From: an uncultured Candidatus Saccharibacteria bacterium
Lineage (GTDB): Bacteria > Patescibacteriota > Minisyncoccia > Portnoybacterales > UBA2143
Assembly (NCBI GenBank): GCA_964467815.1
Contig: CAYXST010000004.1
Location: 1 to 32,513, forward strand
Direction of reading: 5' to 3'
DNA: 32,513 bases
Shown here: in pieces, positions 24,976 through 32,513 of the stretch
Position numbering within the stretch: the first letter of the stretch is position 1
How the letters are laid out: each line of letters starts with the position of its first letter
Notes under the pieces: generated by a model
Seen by the model: only the letters and a program-made list of their open reading frames with translations
What the model was told of the DNA's origin: nothing
Database searches by the model: none
Position numbers and translations under genes: made by a program

Positions 24976-25276
24976 AAAAAGAGCAATCGGCTTTGACCCT
25001 CGGGTGACATATTTTAAACCGCGGGCGGTGCCCCTGTCTATTTTAGAAGAAATTGACTTAGGCATGGACGAATTGGAAGCTTTGCGGCTTTGCGAACTAA
25101 AAAAATTAGAGCAGGCCGAAGCGGCCAAAAGAATGAAAATCTCTCAAAGCACTTTACAAAGGATTTTGAGTTCAGCCCATCAAAAAATTGCCGAGGCCTT
25201 AACCGAGGGAAAAGCGATTAGAATTAGTAAAAATAATGGGAAACAAAGATTTAGGAGCAAAGCTCCTAACTTTTAG
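24959..25276 (+). CDS. DUF134/UPF0251 family predicted DNA-binding protein
   Basis: MPRPFKKRAIGFDPRVTYFKP...DELEALRLCELKKLEQAEAAKRMKISQSTLQRIL matches the family hallmark. Confidence 0.75.
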   Translation: MPRPFKKRAIGFDPRVTYFKPRAVPLSILEEIDLGMDELEALRLCELKKLEQAEAAKRMKISQSTLQRILSSAHQKIAEALTEGKAIRISKNNGKQRFRSKAPNF

Positions 25277-25299
25277 GAGCTTTGCTCCTAAAATCTCCT
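25263..25299 (+). terminator. 17-bp perfect stem-loop at the end of the cluster (terminator-like, no clear T-run)
   Basis: AGGAGCAAAGCTCCTAA-CTT-TTAGGAGCTTTGCTCCT. Each arm is itself palindromic. Confidence 0.4.
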
Positions 25300-25316
25300 A
25301 AAATTCTTAGAGTTGA

Positions 25317-26375
25317 ATGGAAAATATAAGACCAAAAGTAGTGGTCGGTCTTTCCGGCGGTCTTGATTCGGCCGTTGCTTTGTTATTACTTAAAAAGCAA
25401 GGCTATCGGCCGCTCGGCCTGACTTTGAAATACAGCCGTTGGTCAAACGGAGAAAATATTTATTCTAATCAGCCAGCCATTCGTTTAGCCAAAAAAGTTT
25501 GTCAGCAATTAAAGGTGCCTCATAAAACCCTTGATTGCCGCCAGGAATTTAAGAAAAAAATAATCGGCTATTTTATCTCTCTTCTGAAAGACAAAAAAAC
25601 GCCTAATCCTTGCATAATCTGCAATCAACAATTGAAATTTGATAAGTTAATCAGTTTTGCCAAGAAAAAAAGAATTGACCTTATCGCTACCGGACATTAT
25701 GCCCGGATAAAAAAAAATAAAGGCGAGTATCAGCTTTTAAAAGGGAAAGACGAGCAGAAAGACCAGAGCTATTTTCTCTGCCTTTTAAACCAGAAGCGGT
25801 TAGCCAAGACGATTTTTCCTCTAGGAGACTTAACCAAGAAAGAAGTTTATCGGCTCGCCAAAAAAGAAGGCCTTGATTTTTTAACCAGGAAGAAACAAAG
25901 CCAAGATTTATGTTTTGTTGCTCAAGAATCAATGTCTCTTTTTTTGGAAAAAGAGATAGGCCGACAACCAGGCCAGATTCTTGATAAAGAAGGAAATATT
26001 TTGGGGCAGCATCAGGGACTCCATTTCTATACTATCGGCCAGCGCCGGAGGATTAAATTGGCCGGCGGCCCTTGGCGGGTCCTTGGCTTTAATCGGGGAA
26101 AAAATCAATTGATTGTCACTAATCAGGAAAACGATCCGGCTCTTTACCAAAGAGAGGTTTTTTTATCTGATGTCCATTTTATTTCTAAAAAAGCGCCGGT
26201 CAGGCCGATTAAGGTTAAAGCCAAAATCCGCTTTAATCAAGGACTGTCCCGGGCGGTTTTTTATCCGGATAAATCTAAATTGATTTTCAATAAAGCGCAG
26301 AAAGCCGTTAGCCCGGGCCAGTGGGCTGTTTTTTACGACGGCCAAGTTTGCCTCGGCGGCGGGATGATAGTATAA
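25317..26375 (+). CDS. mnmA: tRNA-specific 2-thiouridylase
   Basis: PP-loop GLSGGLDSAV, plus PNPCIICNQQLKF and ATGHYAR. Confidence 0.9.
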   Translation: MENIRPKVVVGLSGGLDSAVALLLLKKQGYRPLGLTLKYSRWSNGENIYSNQPAIRLAKKVCQQLKVPHKTLDCRQEFKKKIIGYFISLLKDKKTPNPCIICNQQLKFDKLISFAKKKRIDLIATGHYARIKKNKGEYQLLKGKDEQKDQSYFLCLLNQKRLAKTIFPLGDLTKKEVYRLAKKEGLDFLTRKKQSQDLCFVAQESMSLFLEKEIGRQPGQILDKEGNILGQHQGLHFYTIGQRRRIKLAGGPWRVLGFNRGKNQLIVTNQENDPALYQREVFLSDVHFISKKAPVRPIKVKAKIRFNQGLSRAVFYPDKSKLIFNKAQKAVSPGQWAVFYDGQVCLGGGMIV

Positions 26376-27169
26376 TGGAATATATGAAAAAAATAGAAGA
26401 AATTACTCAAAAAGAATTAAGCGCTTTAAAAGTGGTTGTTTTTGACATTGACGGAGTGATTATTCCGGTTGGCACAGACTTAAGAGAAAACGAAGACGGC
26501 ACGGAGTTATACATGAAGTCCAAACAAATGCTGCCCGAGTTTATTGAAAACCTGAAAAAGCTCAAAAAACATTTAAAAATAGGTTTTTCTTCCGGCCGCA
26601 ATATTTTATATTTGAAAAGTTTGGTTAACGAAATTCTTGATAATCAGGTAATTCTCCAGGCCGAAAACGGCAATATTACTTGGCTGGATAATAAAATTAT
26701 TCATCCGGCTTATCCGGACGAATATTTTGAGCAATTAAGAGATATTAAGGAAAAAATTAAAGAAATGATGGCTCAAAATAAAAAAGTCCGCGGTTTTGAA
26801 CCGAAGATTTTTATTCTGACTGTTCATTGCGACCAGATGGAAAAAATTCCTGATTTGGTTAAACAAATGGCCGGAGATAATTTATATTGCCTTTGGACTA
26901 ATGAAGGTTATGATATCGGCAGCCGGGAAATGTCCAAAGGTCAAGCGATTACCAGTTTAGCCAAACAACTTAATATTGAACCGAAACAAATTATGACCAC
27001 CGGCAATAATTACAACGACGAAGAGATGCTCCAAATCGGCAAAGGCGTTTCGGTCAATCCGGAAAGAGTCAAGGGAGAATATTTTGTTGAAGCCGAAAAA
27101 GGGAAATTAGGCGGTCATTTATTGGTTGATTTTTTACTTGATTATTACGAAAAGCAAAAGGGCGTATAA
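26375..27169 (+). CDS. HAD-superfamily hydrolase (Cof/KdsC-like)
   Basis: VVVFDIDGVI (DxD), SSGR and TTGNNYNDEEM. ATG 26375 overlaps the mnmA stop (TAATG), and the upstream part of the track ORF lies inside mnmA. Confidence 0.7.
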   Translation: MEYMKKIEEITQKELSALKVVVFDIDGVIIPVGTDLRENEDGTELYMKSKQMLPEFIENLKKLKKHLKIGFSSGRNILYLKSLVNEILDNQVILQAENGNITWLDNKIIHPAYPDEYFEQLRDIKEKIKEMMAQNKKVRGFEPKIFILTVHCDQMEKIPDLVKQMAGDNLYCLWTNEGYDIGSREMSKGQAITSLAKQLNIEPKQIMTTGNNYNDEEMLQIGKGVSVNPERVKGEYFVEAEKGKLGGHLLVDFLLDYYEKQKGV

Positions 27170-27214
27170 AAAAGGGCGTCCTTTTAAGGGCGTCCTTCAA
27201 AAGGACACCCTTTT
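27168..27214. terminator. bidirectional terminator between convergent HAD and trpS genes
   Basis: GGGCGTCC occurs twice (27174-27181 and 27188-27195) and GGACACCC once (27203-27210). It is flanked by A6 on the left and T4 on the right. Confidence 0.55.
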
Positions 27215-27219
27215 ATGGG

Positions 27220-28197
27220 TTAGAGCAAGCCCATTTTTTGTTTGGCCAGGCGGAGATTTTTTTGAGCAATGGGTTTGACCGTTTTAGCGCCATCAGCTAA
27301 CACTTGCCTGACATAAGCCGGTTTCTTGTCTAAGGCCGTTTTTTTATCCCGGAATGATTTTAGTCCTTTAATAATAATTTCGGCCAGGTCTTTCTTAAAA
27401 GGAGCGTATCCTTGTCCTTGATATTTCTCCTCAATTTGACTGACCGAAAGTCCGGAAAAAGCAGTATAGATATTGATAAGGTTGACAATAGCCGGTTTTT
27501 TGGGAGAATATTCTATTTCTTTTCCTGAATCGGTCACCGCCTTTTTTATTTTTTGACGGACTTGATTAGGCGAATCAGCCATTGAAAGACATCCCTGGGG
27601 AATACTCTTAGACATCTTTTTAGCCGGATCGGCTAAGGACATTATCCGGGCGCCGCTGGAATAAATTAATGCTTCCGGAATGGTAAAAACCCGACCGTAC
27701 TGCCGATTGAATTTACGGGCAATCATTTTGGCTAATTCAACATGCTGCCTTTGATCTTCGCCGACCGGCACGATATCTGTCTGATAAAGGAGGATATCGG
27801 CGGCCATTAAAACCGGATAATCAAAAAGGCCCATATTGATACTTTTCCTGAAGCGCTTGGCTTTTTCCTTGAATTGGGTCATTCTTTCCAATTCGGCAAT
27901 TGGCGTAACCGTGTTTAAAAGCCAGGTCAGTTCGGTATGTTCCGGAATATGCGACTGGACGAAAAGAACACATTTTTTAGGGTCAAGTCCGGCTGCTAAA
28001 AGCAAAACAGCCAAGTCAAATGTTTTTTCCTTTATTTTCCGGGACGATTCAGAGATAGTTAAAGCATGTAAATCAACAATACAAAAAATAGAGTCATATT
28101 CGTTTTGCAGTTTGACCCAATTTTTAATCGCGCCTAAATAATTACCGATATGGACTAAGCCGGTTGGCTGAATACCGCTGAAAATACGTTTTTTCAT
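27220..28197 (-). CDS. trpS: tryptophan--tRNA ligase
   Basis: GIQPTGLVHIGNYLGA (HIGH-type) and KMSKS. Confidence 0.9.
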   Translation of the reverse strand: MKKRIFSGIQPTGLVHIGNYLGAIKNWVKLQNEYDSIFCIVDLHALTISESSRKIKEKTFDLAVLLLAAGLDPKKCVLFVQSHIPEHTELTWLLNTVTPIAELERMTQFKEKAKRFRKSINMGLFDYPVLMAADILLYQTDIVPVGEDQRQHVELAKMIARKFNRQYGRVFTIPEALIYSSGARIMSLADPAKKMSKSIPQGCLSMADSPNQVRQKIKKAVTDSGKEIEYSPKKPAIVNLINIYTAFSGLSVSQIEEKYQGQGYAPFKKDLAEIIIKGLKSFRDKKTALDKKPAYVRQVLADGAKTVKPIAQKNLRLAKQKMGLL

Positions 28198-28267
28198 GAA
28201 AATTTTTTAAGAAGAAATCTATTAATTCTCGGCCGAAGTGTTTTCGAGAAATGGTTATGACAGGTCT

Positions 28268-28996
28268 CTATTTCTTATAGGTTTTCTCAATGGTTTTAAT
28301 AATCGGCTCTAAGTCGCCGTCAATGATTTTATCTAATCGGTGCCAAGATTTATTAAGGCGGTGGTCAGTAATGCGATTTTGAGGATAATTGTAAGTACGA
28401 ATTTTTTCGGCCCTCATAGCTGCGCCAATTTGTCCTCGTCTTTCGCTTCCCCGCTGAGCTGTTTCTTCGGCTCTTTTTTTAGCCAAGATGCGCGCTCGCA
28501 AAACCTGAAGCGCTTTTTCTCGATTTTGTTGTTGGGTTCGTTCTTCTTGGCAATTAGCGACTAAACCAGTTGGCAGATGAGTTACTCTGACGGCCGATTC
28601 GCGTCGATTAACGTATTGGCCGCCCGGTCCGGAAGCGCGCAGAACATCAATTCTTAAATCTTTTGGACCGATTTTGATTTCCGTTTCGTTTACTTCCGGC
28701 AAAACGGCTACCGAAACGGTTGACGTGTGAACTCGACCGGACTTTTCGGTATTGGGAATGCGTTGGACGCGGTGAACACCGGCCTCATTCTTTAATTTAT
28801 TGTAAACATTTTGGCCTTTAATTTCAAAAATAACCTCTCGATAACCGCCCAAATTGGTTCTACTGACATCAATTAAATTGGCCGACCAGTTTTGCTTTTC
28901 TGCAAAACGAGAATACATCCGGAAAAGGTCGGTTACAAAAAGAGCTGCTTCTTCGCCGCCGGTCCCGGCTCTGATTTCTATAATAGTTCCTTTCAT
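28268..28996 (-). CDS. prfA: class I peptide chain release factor, RF1-like, lacking N-terminal domain 1
   Basis: Starts at the [14 protein letters not shown] region. Has [14 protein letters not shown] (a PxT-type tripeptide, here PNT) and the GGQ motif (SGPGGQYVN). Only 242 aa. An ATGA overlap joins it to rpmE. Confidence 0.75.
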   Translation of the reverse strand: MKGTIIEIRAGTGGEEAALFVTDLFRMYSRFAEKQNWSANLIDVSRTNLGGYREVIFEIKGQNVYNKLKNEAGVHRVQRIPNTEKSGRVHTSTVSVAVLPEVNETEIKIGPKDLRIDVLRASGPGGQYVNRRESAVRVTHLPTGLVANCQEERTQQQNREKALQVLRARILAKKRAEETAQRGSERRGQIGAAMRAEKIRTYNYPQNRITDHRLNKSWHRLDKIIDGDLEPIIKTIEKTYKK

Positions 28997-29229
28997 TTTT
29001 TTCCTTTAAGTTTCGGGCCAAACCGGGCCGTTTTTTTAGCTAATCGCTTTCTAAACTTTTCTACTTGACCGGTTTCAATAATTTTCTCTTTGCCGGTATA
29101 AAAAGGATGACATTGAGAACAGATTTCTACTTCTATTCCTTGCTTGGTTGAGCCAATTTCAAAAGTGGCGCCACAGGCGCATTTTATTTTGGCATTAGGA
29201 TAGTAAGTTGGATGGATGTCTTTTTTCAT
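28993..29229 (-). CDS. rpmE: 50S ribosomal protein L31 (Cys-containing form)
   Basis: [10 protein letters not shown]...CACG...[11 protein letters not shown]. Confidence 0.9.
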   Translation of the reverse strand: MKKDIHPTYYPNAKIKCACGATFEIGSTKQGIEVEICSQCHPFYTGKEKIIETGQVEKFRKRLAKKTARFGPKLKGKK

Positions 29230-29328
29230 TGTTTACATAATAGCAGATTAAAGGGAAATAGGCAAGTTCTTGCCTATTTTTTATAATATGATATACTATT
29301 TCAAGATATTGTTTAAAGACTTAAAACG

Positions 29329-29365
29329 CAAGAACATTATGAGAAACGTTCTCATAATGTTCTTG
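29329..29365 (+). promoter_or_regulatory. perfect 17-bp stem-loop in the rpsB leader
   Basis: CAAGAACATTATGAGAA-ACG-TTCTCATAATGTTCTTG, 20 nt upstream of the annotated rpsB start. Confidence 0.4.
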
Positions 29366-29384
29366 TAATGTCTCAAACTATAAA

Positions 29385-30164
29385 ATGTTGAAGAAAGAAA
29401 CCAAAAAATTGAATAAGGAAATTACGAAGAGCTCGTCTTTGCCAAAAGAAAAGCAGGCTGCTTTCAGCGAGAAGTCAACCGGTAGGGATATTGAAAAATT
29501 GCTCCCTAACTTAAAAGAAATGCTTAAAGCCGGCGTTCATTTTGGCCATCGGACTTCCAAATGGAATGTACGCATGGCTCCCTATATTTTCAATATTCGG
29601 AATAATGTTCATATTATTGATTTGGAAAAAGCGCGTCAAAAATTAGCCGAAGCCCTCAAATTTATTCAGGAAGTTAAAAAGAAAAAAGGAGTCATTCTTT
29701 TTGTCGGGACCAAGGTAAGCGCCAAAGAGATTGTTCGGCAAACAGCCGAAAAGTGCCGGATGCCTTATGTTAACGGAAGGTGGCTGGGCGGCACTCTGAC
29801 TAACTTCAAGGCTATTTCTCAACGCTTGGAATATTTCCGCAATTTGGAAGATAAAAAAAGCAAAGGCGAATTAAAGAAGTATACCAAGAAAGAACAGCAT
29901 GATTTTGATGTGGAATTGCAAAAGCTAAAAAGCCAGTTTGGCGGAATTAAAAAATTAATTAAACTACCAGAAGCTCTCTTGGTCGTTGATGCTCAAAAAG
30001 AAAAATTAGCCGTTAAAGAGGCAAGAATGAAAGAGATTCCGATAATTGGTTTATGCGATACTAACGCTGACCCAACCCTAATTGATTATCCGATTCCGAC
30101 TAATGACGACGCCATCACTTCCTTGAAATTGATTTTAGGAACAGTGATTAAAGCGTTGAAGTAA
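29385..30164 (+). CDS. rpsB: 30S ribosomal protein S2 (with ~45-aa Lys-rich N-terminal extension if ATG 29385 is used)
   Basis: [23 protein letters not shown] and LFVGTK. An internal Met at about 29520 is an alternative start. Confidence 0.9.
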   Translation: MLKKETKKLNKEITKSSSLPKEKQAAFSEKSTGRDIEKLLPNLKEMLKAGVHFGHRTSKWNVRMAPYIFNIRNNVHIIDLEKARQKLAEALKFIQEVKKKKGVILFVGTKVSAKEIVRQTAEKCRMPYVNGRWLGGTLTNFKAISQRLEYFRNLEDKKSKGELKKYTKKEQHDFDVELQKLKSQFGGIKKLIKLPEALLVVDAQKEKLAVKEARMKEIPIIGLCDTNADPTLIDYPIPTNDDAITSLKLILGTVIKALK

Positions 30165-30168
30165 AATT

Positions 30169-30618
30169 ATGACTTTAATCAGAAAAATTGAACAACTTCG
30201 TCAAACAACAAATATTTCGGTTATGGAATGCAAAAAAGCGCTGGAAAAAGCCGGTGGCGACGAGATTAAGGCCTTGGAAATTTTGAAGAAAAACGGCCAG
30301 GAAAGCGCCTTAAAAAAAGCGACTCGGGAAGCAAAACAAGGACTAATTGAAGCGTATATTCATAATCAAGGCAAAATAGGGGTAATTTTGGAATTAAATT
30401 GCGAGACCGATTTTGTGGCTAAAAACGAACAATTCAAAGAATTGGCTCACGATTTAGCCATGCATATTGCCGCCATGGATCCAACTAATTCAGACGAGCT
30501 TTTGAGTCAGGCCTTTATCAAAGACGAGCAGAAAAACATCAAGGAGTTGATAAACGAAACTATTTCTAAATTAGGGGAAAATATTAAAATAGGGAAATTT
30601 GTCAGATTGGAAATATAG
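30169..30618 (+). CDS. tsf: elongation factor Ts, short form (149 aa)
   Basis: N-terminal UBA-like ISVMECKKALEKAGGDEIKALEILKKNG, then LELNCETDFVAKNEQF. Located directly after rpsB. Confidence 0.85.
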   Translation: MTLIRKIEQLRQTTNISVMECKKALEKAGGDEIKALEILKKNGQESALKKATREAKQGLIEAYIHNQGKIGVILELNCETDFVAKNEQFKELAHDLAMHIAAMDPTNSDELLSQAFIKDEQKNIKELINETISKLGENIKIGKFVRLEI

Positions 30619-30620
30619 CT

Positions 30621-31304
30621 ATGTTTAATTTAATTCTCTATCTTATTATTGGTTTTAGTTCGGCTGGCTTAGTAGTAATTGTCTATAGAAAAATTCCGGC
30701 GCTGGCTCGTCTATCGGAAGAAGAAATAACTATTTTAGGAAGAAAAAGAGGATTTATTCAGCGAGCCCGAGAGATTAATTATAAGCAATATTGGTTTAAT
30801 CTAATCGTCCGTTTGGAAAAGTTTTTGCGGCGGATAAAAATAGTTTTTTTGAAAACAGAGAATTTATTGAGTAAATGGATTGAAAAATTGAGACGCAGTT
30901 CTCAAACAATGACCCAAAAGTCAAGAGAATGGATTAAGCAGAGAGAATTAAAAAGAAGGAAAACCAAAGATTTATCAACTGGTCAACCTGAAGAAATTCC
31001 TGTTAGAATAAAAAAAGACGAAGAAGTTTCTCAACCAGCCGAAGAAGAAACAGAGGAAATCCCCATTAGCGAATTAGATAAACCGATTAAAGAAGAGCAG
31101 AAATGGATAGATTTGATTGTTGAGAATCCCAAAAATATTACGGCTTATAAATTTCTCGGTTTCTTGTATTGGAAACAACATAACTATGCTGACGCCAAGG
31201 CCTCTTTGGAAATGGCCGTTAAATTTGGCTCTAAAGACAAAAAAGTCAAAGAGATTTTGGAAGAATTAAAGAAGATGGGGATTAAAAACAATAGCGGGAA
31301 ATAG
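30621..31304 (+). CDS. hypothetical membrane-anchored protein with C-terminal TPR-like repeat
   Basis: N-terminal transmembrane helix, charged linker, then AYKFLGFLYWKQHNYADAKASLEMAVKFG. Confidence 0.45.
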   Translation: MFNLILYLIIGFSSAGLVVIVYRKIPALARLSEEEITILGRKRGFIQRAREINYKQYWFNLIVRLEKFLRRIKIVFLKTENLLSKWIEKLRRSSQTMTQKSREWIKQRELKRRKTKDLSTGQPEEIPVRIKKDEEVSQPAEEETEEIPISELDKPIKEEQKWIDLIVENPKNITAYKFLGFLYWKQHNYADAKASLEMAVKFGSKDKKVKEILEELKKMGIKNNSGK

Positions 31305-31309
31305 TTTTG

Positions 31310-31381
31310 GCCAGCGTAGCTCAGGGGTAGAGCAACGGTTTTGTAAACCGTCGGTCGGGGGTCCGAATCCCTTCGCTGGCT
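31310..31381 (+). tRNA. tRNA-Thr (anticodon UGU)
   Basis: Hand-folded cloverleaf: acceptor GCCAGCG/CGCTGGC, anticodon stem ACGGT/ACCGT with loop TTTGTAA, and a T-arm with a TCCGAAT loop. No CCA is encoded. Confidence 0.9.
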
Positions 31382-31414
31382 CAACTGTGACAGCGACCAG
31401 AACAGTTGAGTTTT
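31381..31414 (+). terminator. rho-independent terminator after tRNA-Thr
   Basis: TCAACTGT...ACAGTTGA stem followed by G-TTTT. Confidence 0.55.
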
Positions 31415-31432
31415 GGCTGTTAAAGTGGTAAA

Positions 31433-32077
31433 ATGTTAGTGATGCCAGTAAAGCCAGCCTTATCAGAAAAATATATAAAAGAGGTTAAATATCTTTATTA
31501 TAATAAGGGTTATAGTGCTAGAGAAATAGCCGATAAGATTGGAGTATCACTGGACGCAGTTTTTAGCTTTATGCGGCGGCATAGTCTGGAACGGCGAAGT
31601 TTTGAAGAATCGAATCGTATTCGTTTTAAAAGAAAAGCGCTTTCATATCGTTTGAAGAAAGGACTTACAAGGAGAGAAAAACAGCTAAAGACAGCAGGTG
31701 TTATGTTATATTGGGCAGAAGGATCTAAGTCAAATCCTTCTAAGAGATCGTGGACAGTGGATTTTGCTAATAGTAACCCGGAAATGATAAAGCTGTTTCT
31801 TAGATTTCTTAGGATAATTTGTGGTGTTGACGAAAAGCGAATAAGAATATATTTATATGCTTACGCAGATCAAGATATAGAAACTCTTAAAAGATATTGG
31901 CAGAAAATTACTGATATTTCTTTAAAGCAATTTACTAAGCCTTATATAAGGCAAGATTTCTTGCCAGAGAAAAGTGGTAAAATGAAGCATGGATTAGTCC
32001 ATGTTAGATACGCTGACAAGAAATTGCTTCTCCAAATAGAGGAGTGGATAAAAAAATATTTAGACAACAATTTATAA
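31433..32077 (+). CDS. HTH + LAGLIDADG-like homing-endonuclease-like protein (tentative)
   Basis: N-terminal HTH-like YSAREIADKIGVSLDAVFSFMRRH. Then GVMLYWAEGSKS...VDFANSNPEMIKLFLRFL, which resembles a single LAGLIDADG-type motif and its following helix. The stop codon abuts tRNA-Tyr. Confidence 0.4.
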   Translation: MLVMPVKPALSEKYIKEVKYLYYNKGYSAREIADKIGVSLDAVFSFMRRHSLERRSFEESNRIRFKRKALSYRLKKGLTRREKQLKTAGVMLYWAEGSKSNPSKRSWTVDFANSNPEMIKLFLRFLRIICGVDEKRIRIYLYAYADQDIETLKRYWQKITDISLKQFTKPYIRQDFLPEKSGKMKHGLVHVRYADKKLLLQIEEWIKKYLDNNL

Positions 32078-32160
32078 GGGCAGGTGGCGGAGTGGACAAA
32101 CGCAGCACTCTGTAAAAGTGCCGGCTTCGGCCTACGGGGGTTCGAATCCCTCCCTGCCCA
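32078..32160 (+). tRNA. tRNA-Tyr (anticodon GUA), long variable arm
   Basis: Acceptor GGGCAGG/CCTGCCC, anticodon stem GCACT/AGTGC with loop CTGTAAA, variable arm CGGCTTCGGCCTA and T-loop TTCGAAT. Confidence 0.9.
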
Positions 32161-32221
32161 CACGATTTTTGCCCAAAGTTTTTTGTTAATGAAAACGATG
32201 TCCGTCCCGGGCGGACCAAAA

Positions 32222-32295
32222 GCTGAGGTAGCTCAGGCGGTTAGAGCAACACATTGGTAATGTGTCGGTCGTGGGTTCGAATCCCACCCTCAGCT
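32222..32295 (+). tRNA. tRNA-Thr (anticodon GGU)
   Basis: Acceptor GCTGAGG/CCTCAGC, anticodon stem ACACA/TGTGT with loop TTGGTAA, and T-arm GTGGG-TTCGAAT-CCCAC. Confidence 0.92.
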
Positions 32296-32305
32296 CAGGA
32301 AAACT

Positions 32306-32464
32306 ATGTCTCAAGATAATTTAATCAAATTACAATGTAGCGAGTGTAAAAGAATTAATTATTGGTCGCGCAAAAACAAAAAAAAGATTCAGAAAAAAAT
32401 AGAACTGATGAAGTTTTGTAAATGGTGCCGAAAAAGTACCTTGCATAAAGAAGGGAAGAAATAA
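32306..32464 (+). CDS. rpmG: 50S ribosomal protein L33 (Cys4 zinc form)
   Basis: Hand-translated 52 aa: MSQDNLIKLQCSECKRINYWSRKNKKKIQKKIELMKFCKWCRKSTLHKEGKK. It has the CxxC...CxxC...H.E pattern of L33 and sits in the classical position before tRNA-Trp. Confidence 0.8.
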   Translation: MSQDNLIKLQCSECKRINYWSRKNKKKIQKKIELMKFCKWCRKSTLHKEGKK

Positions 32465-32513
32465 GGGCGCGTAGCTCAGCTGGAAGAGCATCGGTCTCCA
32501 AAACCGAAGGCCG
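32465..32513 (+). tRNA. tRNA-Trp (anticodon CCA), truncated by window end
   Basis: GGGCGCG-TA-GCTCAGCTGGAAGAGC-A-TCGGT-CTCCAAA-ACCGA. The 3' part lies outside the window. Confidence 0.8.

Noticed and set aside
26321-26374. Longer start (26321) for the HAD hydrolase
   Set aside because: The upstream 18 codons lie inside mnmA out of frame. ATG 26375 overlaps the mnmA stop (TAATG) and begins just before the DxD motif region.
28198-28267. T-box or other leader upstream of trpS
   Set aside because: Only 70 nt separate trpS from the upstream RF1 gene. No specifier/T-box motif is present, and trpS is probably co-transcribed with rpmE-prfA.
31184-32219. Minus-strand ORFs 31184..31384, 31942..32163 and 32004..32219
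   Set aside because: They are antisense to tRNA-Thr and tRNA-Tyr. Their ...DSNPRP-type translations are the usual artefact of reading a tRNA T-arm backwards.
1-32513. CRISPR arrays, rRNA genes, integrases, transposases, restriction or other recognisable defence systems
   Set aside because: No spaced direct repeats of CRISPR type were seen. No ORF shows Tyr/Ser recombinase, DDE, RT, Cas or restriction-enzyme motifs.
1-32513. Alternative genetic code (UGA recoding as in some CPR lineages)
   Set aside because: TGA terminates well-supported CDSs at their expected ends (787..1761, 2252..3034, the rSAM gene at 5359-5361 and rpmE). No conserved gene needs read-through.

Overview
AT-rich bacterial window using the standard genetic code (TGA closes several well-supported CDSs). 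Its content (minimal SufCD, membrane H+-pyrophosphatase, shortened translation factors, many small hypothetical membrane proteins) suggests a reduced anaerobic Patescibacteria/CPR-like genome; this is inference. There are three blocks. (i) 1-13.8 kb is an accessory-looking, mostly monocistronic patchwork: CAP-domain membrane protein, PP2C-like protein, SDR epimerase, two class I methyltransferases, ASCH protein, HExxH protein, alpha/beta hydrolase, XRE regulator, a tandem-duplicated unknown domain and a Mu Gam-like protein. It holds two radical SAM/SPASM genes, each immediately followed by a short ORF missing from the ORF track (43 aa and 51 aa), giving two candidate RiPP cassettes. The 51-aa peptide carries four W-x-K/N triplets. 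This block also holds 2-3 copies of a conserved ~190-230 nt structured element. (ii) 13.8-25.3 kb carries sufCD, two membrane proteins, hppA and a DUF5320 / NifX-like / CDF::NifX / MinD-ferredoxin / DUF134 cluster, preceded by promoter-overlapping inverted repeats. (iii) 25.3-32.5 kb carries housekeeping translation genes (mnmA, HAD hydrolase, trpS, an RF1 lacking domain 1, rpmE, rpsB, short tsf, rpmG). It also has a tRNA cluster (Thr-UGU, Tyr-GUA, Thr-GGU, partial Trp-CCA) interrupted by a homing-endonuclease-like ORF. I recognised no rRNA, CRISPR array, integrase or transposase.
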